A DNA stretch of 64,000 nucleotides from Schmidtea polychroa (lineage: Eukaryota), in the NCBI GenBank assembly GCA_044892525.1, contig CM097885.1, forward strand, positions 46,873,727-46,937,726, written 5' to 3'. A program made the position numbers and the translations under genes. The notes under the pieces were generated by a model that was not told where the DNA came from, did not search any database, and saw only the letters and a program-made list of their open reading frames with translations. Shown piece by piece: positions 56,923-64,000 of this stretch. Within the stretch, counting starts at the first letter, position 1; every line of letters starts with the position of its first letter.

Positions 56923-58142
56923 TTAGTGCTAAATCAGAATTATGTCTTTTTGATAGACCTTCTCCCCAAGCAGTGATTGAACATGGAGCATTTGAAGATG
57001 TATACCCAAGAAATTCAATTACAGATGCCGGTTCTTCTTCGATTCAATTTTACATAAATGGATCGCAGACTGAATATTTAGATTTGAATGATACTTTGTT
57101 ATATATTCAATTGAAAGTTGTTAATAATTTAGGTGAGAATTTAGGCGAATCAGAAGTAATTCCAAATAATTTCTTCTTCCAAACCCTTTTTAAAGATGTT
57201 GAATTAATTTTTAATTCAATCAAAGTTGAAGGATCAAATGATAGATTTGCCCACAAAGCATTAATTGAAACACTTATAAATTATGACGGAGATACTAAAC
57301 GAACATCTTTAGGTGGAATGGGGTATACTAACAAAGATCTTACGAGAAAAACATGGATTGAAAAATCAAAATCCTTTTCTTTATGTTCCCCACTTCAATT
57401 TGATTTCTTTGATCAACCTAAATATTTACTACCAGGTGTTAGTGTTCAAATTAAATTAACAAGATCAAATCCAACACTTAGTTTAACTTGTGCGAAAATT
57501 GAACCGAAAATTTTATTATTAGACGCAAAATTAATGGTTAGAAGAGTTCGTGTTGAACCATCGGTTTTGGCAGGACATCAAATTGGTCTGTCTACCAAAA
57601 ATGCAATTTATCCTTTAAGAAGCAAAGAAGTTGTTGATTTCTCATTACCTATTGGTTCTTCCTCTTTTTATAAAGAACAAATATTTGGAGATAGACGACT
57701 ACCTAATTTTATACTTGTTGCATTTCAATCTAGTAAAAGATTTAGTGGATCGTTTTCAGAATCATTTTCTTTATTTGATCACTTTAATGTCAAGTCCATA
57801 ACTTTAAGTAAAGGAAGTGATTATCGCGAAAAATATAGTCAAGATTTTGAGAATGATGATTATAGTACAAGTTATATGCAATCGATTATTAGAAATATGG
57901 GTTATCTAAATAAAAATATGAATTGTGGTATCACCATGTCTGATTTTAAGAGCAAGTATCCATTCTTTACATTCGTATTGGCACCAGATTTTGATCTTCA
58001 TCAAAGTCAGTTACCACAAAGTGGAAATTTGCGATTAGATATTAAATTCGCATCTTCACTTACTGAAGCCGTTTCTGTAATTGTATATGGAGTTTTTGAA
58101 AAAGAAATTCAAATTACATCTACTCGTACTGTTTTGGTATAA
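56919..58142 (+). CDS. Major capsid protein (double jelly-roll, hexon-like)
   Basis: Intact 407 aa; KSEL.LF.....Q..IE.G....YP..SI......IQF.I.G...EYLDL..TLL Polinton MCP N-terminal signature; GNLRLDIKF C-terminus. Confidence 0.9.
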   Translation: MISAKSELCLFDRPSPQAVIEHGAFEDVYPRNSITDAGSSSIQFYINGSQTEYLDLNDTLLYIQLKVVNNLGENLGESEVIPNNFFFQTLFKDVELIFNSIKVEGSNDRFAHKALIETLINYDGDTKRTSLGGMGYTNKDLTRKTWIEKSKSFSLCSPLQFDFFDQPKYLLPGVSVQIKLTRSNPTLSLTCAKIEPKILLLDAKLMVRRVRVEPSVLAGHQIGLSTKNAIYPLRSKEVVDFSLPIGSSSFYKEQIFGDRRLPNFILVAFQSSKRFSGSFSESFSLFDHFNVKSITLSKGSDYREKYSQDFENDDYSTSYMQSIIRNMGYLNKNMNCGITMSDFKSKYPFFTFVLAPDFDLHQSQLPQSGNLRLDIKFASSLTEAVSVIVYGVFEKEIQITSTRTVLV

Positions 58143-58176
58143 TATAAACCAAATATCGAAAATCAATTAATCAAAT

Positions 58177-58555
58177 ATGAAGTAAGAATTAATTTAAATT
58201 ATTTAATTATTATTAATTTAGTTCTATTCAGATACATGTTATCGGAAGAAAATTACTAGGAAAAGAATTTCTAGGTGTTTTCCCATTAGACAAAATACCT
58301 TATTTAGATGTCAACAAAGCAATAATTGTAAATACTCAATCTGCTAATCTGAATGGTGAACATTGGCTTGCAGTATACGTGAAACCAGACAAAATATATG
58401 CATTTGATCCAATGGGATTCTATTATCCACCTATATTAATCAATAAACTACAATCAATGTCAATGCCAATTGAATACAATCGAATACGTTACCAAAACCC
58501 TATAACAAAAACATGTGGACAACATTGTTTGGCTTGGTTAAAGTCAATGAAATAA
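58177..58555 (+). CDS. Adenain-like cysteine maturation protease; exons 58177-58181 and 58222-58555
   Basis: Spliced 112 aa MNSIQI...FLGVFPLDKIP...IIVNT....GEHWLA...FDPMG...YQ....TCGQHC (H/D/Q/C catalytic set); absent from the ORF track because its ATG lies beyond a 40-bp intron. Confidence 0.88.
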
Positions 58556-58955
58556 ATTTTTATAATAAAAAGTTGTTTTCAATAAATTTTAGCTAATTAT
58601 TTCAATAAATTTTTAGTTGATTATTAATTCAATATAATTGATTATTAAAATTTAAATTTTAGTTGATTATTAAACTAAATCTTTAATTAAGTTAATTATT
58701 ATGTAAGGTATTAAATCCTTTAATTATTATGTAAGTTATTTAATCCTTTAATTATTATGTAAGTTATTTAATCCTTTAATTATTACGCATGGTATCAAAT
58801 TTAATCCTTTAATTATTACGTAATGTATTAAGTAGAAGAAGAAGTATATAAATGATTTGTTTTTAAAATTTGGTCATAATTTGCTAGTACCAAGGATTGT
58901 AAGAATTTTATTTTTTAATTATTAAAATTTAATTATTTTTAGATAAAAATCAAAA

Positions 58956-59258
58956 ATGAATAATAATACAACAATGAAAAATGTTAAAAATGCAACAATG
59001 AAAAATGTTAAAAATGAAACAATGAAAAATGTTAATAATGCAACAATGAAAAATGTTAAAAATGCGACAATGAAAAAAGCTAATAATGAAACAATGAAAA
59101 ATGTTAATAATGAAACAATGAAAAAAGCTAATAATGCAACAATGAAAAATGTTAAAAATGAAACAATGAAAAAAGCTAATAATGAAACAATGAAAAATGC
59201 AACAATGAAAAATGACAAATGTAAGTATTTTTATCAATTTTTAAATAATATTTTATAA
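58956..59258 (+). repeat. 24-bp tandem minisatellite with an open frame (TMKNVKNA)n
   Basis: Directly visible; coding status uncertain. Confidence 0.75.
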
Positions 59259-59820
59259 TGAAATTATTAATATTTTTAATAAAATTTTATTTTAAGAGTA
59301 AAAATAGTGGGAAATCCCTCGTAAAAAAATTTTTAATAATATTTTATAATGAAATTAATAATATTTTTAAAAATGATTATTAATATTTTTAATAAAATTT
59401 TATCTTAAGAGTAAAAATAAGGGTAAATCCCTCGTAAAAAAAATTTTTTTTTATATAATGATGAAATTATTAACATTTTTAAATAATATTTTATAATGAA
59501 ATTATTATTAATGATAATTATTAATGATATTTATTTTGAAATAAGGGGAAATCCCTCGTAAAAATTTTTTTTTTATATAATGATGAAATTATTAACATTT
59601 TTAAATAATATTTTATAATGAAATTATTATTAATGATATTTTTTTAATGATATTTATTTTGAAGAAGGGGAAATCCCTCGTAAAATTTTTTATATAATGA
59701 TGAAATTATTAACATTTTTAAATAATATTTTATAATGAAATTATTATTAATGATATTTTTTTTAATGATATTTATTTTGAAATAAGGGGAAATCCCTCGC
59801 AAATTTTTTTTTTAAAATGA
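59250..59820. repeat. About 120-bp AT-rich tandem repeats, each with GGGAAATCCCTCG
   Basis: Motif at about 59309, 59421 (variant), 59546, 59668 and 59787. Confidence 0.85.
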
Positions 59821-59825
59821 TAATA

Positions 59826-60032
59826 ATAATGTAGTCTACAGTGAGCACGTAGCTACATAATAGTCTGCAGTGAGCATGCAGTAGTCTTTAATATAATAAT
59901 GTAGTCTACAGTGACCACGTAGCTACATAATAGTCTGCAGTGAGCATGCAGTAGTCTTTAATATAATAATGTAGTCTACAGTGAGCACGTAGCTACATAA
60001 TAGTCTGCAGTGAGCATGCAGTACTCTTTAAT
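59826..60032. repeat. Three 70-bp tandem repeats with internal palindromes
   Basis: GTAGTCTACAGTGAGCACGTAGCTACATAATAGTCTGCAGTGAGCATGCAG at 59831, 59901 and 59971. Confidence 0.9.
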
Positions 60033-60106
60033 AATAATCTGACCCTTATTAAATACTTATTAACTTTAAAATTTTTTCAACAACATTTAAAATAACACTT
60101 AAATAT

Positions 60107-60540
60107 TTATTCAAAAACATTTGTAATTTTCCAAATTGGTTTAATTATAACTCCATTTATCTTGACTCCTTGAATAAGTATTCGAACTTTTGATTTTTTA
60201 TCTTCGTCTAATTTACACCCTTTTTCACAATTGATAAATGTAAATTTTTCATTAAAAATCATTTCTTTATTAATTAATTTAAGAATTTCTCCAAGATTTT
60301 TTCTATCTTCTTCCCCAATATCTCCAATTTGAATATTGAATTGACATGTTTTTAAATTAACTGGTTCCTATAACAAATTAATATTAAATAATTAAATAAA
60401 AAAATTACCTTGAACGAATAAGTAATAGGATATTTCAAATAGTACATATTATATTGAAGGAATTGAATAGGAGGTTTACATACCATACCTATAACTGATG
60501 TACTATTTTCTTCTAATAGGATACTATTTATAGTAGACAT
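60107..60540 (-). CDS. Spliced 130-aa Polinton protein, possible OB-fold ssDNA-binding protein; exons 60409-60540 and 60107-60367
   Basis: A 41-bp AAG|GTAATT...TTATAG|GAA intron joins two stop-free frames; C-terminus VRILIQGVKINGVIIKPIWKITNVFE. Confidence 0.7.
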
Positions 60541-60671
60541 TTTTTGTTAAATTTATTTCATTAAATTATCATTTATAGCAAATAATTAATTTTGATTGGA
60601 TGCATACATGCAAAATTATAAGAAAATTTTAATAGTATTATTTTTATCAAATGTTTTAGCCAAATTTTTAA

Positions 60672-63600
60672 ATGTATATATTTTTAGGTATACTTTACCC
60701 AAATTATTGTTCGTCGAAAGAACATAATAATTGCCATTCTATAATGGAGAATTATTATTCTAAAAAATACTATAATAAAACTTTTTTTATATGCCCCATA
60801 TGTAAGATTAGCGAGCCCTTAACATATAGCGTTTTTTATAATAAGCATAAACAACATTTAGATAGGTTCAATTCTAAAAAAGATGTTATTTTTAAACGTC
60901 CTTCAACTATTGAAATAAATACTACTAATAAAAAAATTAAATTAAATACATTTGTTGAATCCCAGGTCGGATTAGTTGATGAATCTAATGATGGATTGTC
61001 TTTTGTTGAATCCAATGATGGATTGTCTTTTGTTGAATCCAATGATGGATTGTCTTTTGCTGAATCCAATGATGGATTGCCTTTTGTTGAATCCCAGGTC
61101 GGATTAGTTGATGAATCCTATAATGAATTTGATAATCTTTCACTCGACTCTTGGAATGTAGGTGAACCTAATAATGAATTTGATAATCTTTCACTCGACT
61201 CTTGGGATGTAGGTGAACCCAATAATGAATTTGATAATCTTTCACTCGACTCTTGGGATGTAGATGAACCCAATAATGAATTTGATAATCTTTCACTCGA
61301 CTCTTCGACTACTAATGTACAAATAGGAGGTAATGTACCCATAGTACAAAAAGATTTAAGGGGTACACATCAAATTTTAAGTCTAAATACAAGTAACTTG
61401 AATATAAAGGAAATAATATTTCCAGAACAATTAATTATAAAATTACGAGATATTATTAACGAATTAGGCTCCGTCAAAATTCAATTCGGAATAACAATCG
61501 AATTTGAAAAAGACGGGGAAATAAAGGTTAATAATATTTCGAATTACGCAAAACCTTTAACTTCAACATTTTTTGACGAAGGCATTAGGGAACTAAACGA
61601 GAAAATAAGTAATATTACAGAGTTAGGAAGTAGTTGGATTATAAAAAAAATAACTGAAATCCACTTCACCATAACAAAAATAAGTAGGTTAAGTAGATTA
61701 AGTGGTAGGAGTTTCATTGAACTACCTACTTGTCTAAAAAATAAAAACTGCTTAATTAATGTAAAAAACACCGACGATTCATGTTTTTTATATAGCATTT
61801 TAGCTATTTTAAAATATGATGAGGTTATTAGACAATATAGAAATAGAACATCCAGTTATAATTTATCTGAGTTAATATATAATCCATTAGACTTACCAAT
61901 GAAATTAAAAGATATTAGAAAATTCGAGGCCAAAAATCCTGGTTTAATAATTAACGTTTTTTCTTATGACAATAACAAGCAATTAATAGATAATTACGTT
62001 TTAAAACACCCCCATTTAGACATTATACAACGTTCAAAAGTTTTAAATGGAACAGTAATTAATTTACTTTTATTAAATAAAGGGAACAATTTCCATTACA
62101 TTGCTATAAGCAATTTAAATAGGTTACTGAATTGCAACATAAACACTAGTTGTCCTACACGCATACGATCAATATGGTGTCATCGTTGTTTGAATGGTTT
62201 TAACAATAGAAACGCACTAGAAAAACATGAAATATTATGCAAACGCAATCAATTAGGAACTACTCTTTATACTTTCCCTCAAAATAAATTCTTACAGTTT
62301 ACTGACTGGTCGAAAACAGTAACTCCTCCTTTCGTAGTTTATGCCGATTTTGAGGCTATTTTACCTTGTGATAATGATCATTTTCAGCGACACATGCCAA
62401 TATCTGCTGGTCTTTTACTAGTAAATAACTTTGACGGATCTAAATCTTATCAGCAGTTCATAGGTTTAGATTGCGTCGAGAGTTTTTTAAGTGCTATAGA
62501 GGATATAGCATTAAATAAGGTTCTTCCTTTTTATTATAAAATGGGTAGGAAACCAATGATTAAATTAACGAAAATTGAGCAACAACAATTCATTAATTCA
62601 ACGGTTTGTTATCTTTGTTTGAAATCTATCGTGGATCCTGTTAGAGATCACGATCATTTTACGGGCAAATACTTGGGTGCAGCTTGTAGCACATGTAACG
62701 TAAATAGAAAAATAAATAAAATTTTGCCTATCGTATTTCACAACTTGAAGGGATACGATATGCATCATATACTTAAATATGGATTAAATAAATTTAAAAA
62801 TTGGAATTTAGGGTGCATCCCAATAACTACGGAAAAATTTATATCTTTGATTGCTCATTTAGGCAAAATTAGCCTAAGATTCATTGATTCATATCAATTT
62901 GTCAATGATTCTTTGGCTAAAGCAGTCAAAACTTTGAATTCTTTGCCTTTTACTAATTCTGCTTTTTCTGGCACCGTAGTATGTGAAAAAGGAATCTTCC
63001 CTTATAATTTCGCCACTTCTTTAGATGTTCTACAAACTACGTATGAATTACCACCAATCTGGGAGGGTGTCACTGAGCTTGAGTATGAAAAAGCTCAGGA
63101 GATTTGGGTAGAATCTAATTGCAGAACTTTATTAGATTATATGATGATCTACCTAAAACTTGATTGTTTTCTTTTGGCTGATTTCTTTCATCAGTTTAGG
63201 TTGAAATCAATTGCTCACAATAGATTAGAGCCTTTGAATTATTTCGGAATTCCAGGTATGTCTTGGTCTTCTGCATTAATGTCTTTAAATGAACCAATTG
63301 AACTCATAACTGAAAACGAAATGTTTAGCTTTTATGAGGGTGGAATAAGAGGCGGTCTTACTTTTGTGAATAAGCATTACGTAAAAACCGACGAGAACAC
63401 CGAGTTACTTTATATAGATATTAATAATCTTTATGGTTGGGCTTTAAGTCAATCATTACCTTGTGGCGAATTTTGTTGGGTTCTTGATGGATTTGATAAA
63501 ATAATGGATGAATGTAGGAATTTAAATCTTGAATCTTTGTCTTATGGATACACACTTGAAGTTGATCTTGTAATTCCTTCTGAGCTTCATGATAAGTTGG

Positions 63601-64000
63601 ATGATTTCCCTGTAGCTGCTGAAAAAATGAAACCTGCTGGGTCTAAGGTTGAAAAATTATTATTAACTCATCTTCCAAAATCTAATTATGTTATTCATTG
63701 GAGATTATTAAAATTATATTTGGAACTTGGTGTTAAAGTAACACGTGTAAATAGGGGTGTAAGATTTAAGCAATCTCCAATTTTTAAAAAATATATAGAT
63801 ACAAATACTGAATTACGGTCAAAAAGCATAAATAACTTAGATAAAAATTATTATAAATTACTAAATAACAGTTTATACGGCAAAACAGTTGAAAATTTAA
63901 AGAGAAGAATGAATCTTCGTCTTTGTACAACTGCCGGTAAACTTGTTAAATATTCGTCAAAGCCTACTTTTAAAAAATCAATTAAAATAGATGATAATTT
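60672..64000 (+). CDS. Protein-primed family B DNA polymerase (pPolB), runs off the window
   Basis: Motifs all in one frame from ATG 60672: CPIC..HKQH, GSSW, LINVKN.DD.CF, ExoI VVYADFEA, endonuclease VII-like CYLC..VRDHDH.TG...GAAC..CN, FHNLKGYD, motif A YIDINNLYG, motif B KLLNNSLYGK. Confidence 0.93.
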   Translation, partial: MYIFLGILYPNYCSSKEHNNCHSIMENYYSKKYYNKTFFICPICKISEPLTYSVFYNKHKQHLDRFNSKKDVIFKRPSTIEINTTNKKIKLNTFVESQVGLVDESNDGLSFVESNDGLSFVESNDGLSFAESNDGLPFVESQVGLVDESYNEFDNLSLDSWNVGEPNNEFDNLSLDSWDVGEPNNEFDNLSLDSWDVDEPNNEFDNLSLDSSTTNVQIGGNVPIVQKDLRGTHQILSLNTSNLNIKEIIFPEQLIIKLRDIINELGSVKIQFGITIEFEKDGEIKVNNISNYAKPLTSTFFDEGIRELNEKISNITELGSSWIIKKITEIHFTITKISRLSRLSGRSFIELPTCLKNKNCLINVKNTDDSCFLYSILAILKYDEVIRQYRNRTSSYNLSELIYNPLDLPMKLKDIRKFEAKNPGLIINVFSYDNNKQLIDNYVLKHPHLDIIQRSKVLNGTVINLLLLNKGNNFHYIAISNLNRLLNCNINTSCPTRIRSIWCHRCLNGFNNRNALEKHEILCKRNQLGTTLYTFPQNKFLQFTDWSKTVTPPFVVYADFEAILPCDNDHFQRHMPISAGLLLVNNFDGSKSYQQFIGLDCVESFLSAIEDIALNKVLPFYYKMGRKPMIKLTKIEQQQFINSTVCYLCLKSIVDPVRDHDHFTGKYLGAACSTCNVNRKINKILPIVFHNLKGYDMHHILKYGLNKFKNWNLGCIPITTEKFISLIAHLGKISLRFIDSYQFVNDSLAKAVKTLNSLPFTNSAFSGTVVCEKGIFPYNFATSLDVLQTTYELPPIWEGVTELEYEKAQEIWVESNCRTLLDYMMIYLKLDCFLLADFFHQFRLKSIAHNRLEPLNYFGIPGMSWSSALMSLNEPIELITENEMFSFYEGGIRGGLTFVNKHYVKTDENTELLYIDINNLYGWALSQSLPCGEFCWVLDGFDKIMDECRNLNLESLSYGYTLEVDLVIPSELHDKLDDFPVAAEKMKPAGSKVEKLLLTHLPKSNYVIHWRLLKLYLELGVKVTRVNRGVRFKQSPIFKKYIDTNTELRSKSINNLDKNYYKLLNNSLYGKTVENLKRRMNLRLCTTAGKLVKYSSKPTFKKSIKIDDN

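Larger units (their letters stand above)
50077..64000 (+). mobile_element. Polinton/Maverick (adintovirus-like) endogenous DNA virus, right part beyond window
   Basis: Clustered packaging ATPase, rve integrase, minor and major capsid, adenain and pPolB. The left end is inferred at AGTAGGTAG (Polinton ends typically start AG/AGT), followed by repeat-rich terminal DNA. Confidence 0.95.

Noticed and set aside
59826..60032. Possible CRISPR-like array
   Set aside because: Head-to-tail near-identical units with no unique spacers, eukaryotic context, no cas genes.

Overview
This is AT-rich eukaryotic (probably invertebrate) genomic DNA. The 40-49 bp introns and (AAT)n tracts would fit a planarian-type flatworm, but that host assignment is only an inference. 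The one host gene is a minus-strand LETM1 (mitochondrial inner-membrane Ca2+/K+-H+ exchanger family). I can trace 10 coding exons between 44024 and 14497; the N-terminal exons were not found and probably lie beyond the window. The introns and flanks are full of transposon debris: hAT elements (three with TIRs and 8-bp TSDs), a Penelope-like element with an inverted partial copy, a Tigger/pogo fragment, Gypsy LTRs and pol fragments, microsatellites, and an intronless in-frame Rab1::proteasome-alpha-6 chimeric retrocopy. From about 50077 to the window end lies a Polinton/Maverick (adintovirus-like) endogenous DNA virus. It encodes a packaging ATPase, pX-like and pVI-like proteins, an integrase, two tandem minor capsid genes, a major capsid, an adenain protease and a protein-primed PolB. 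Two things stand out. The element carries its own TATA-binding-protein (TBP)-like gene next to a Cys-rich ORF. Three of its genes (integrase, protease, a putative ssDNA-binding protein) are complete only if 40-42 bp GT-AG introns, the same size class as the host's introns, are spliced out.
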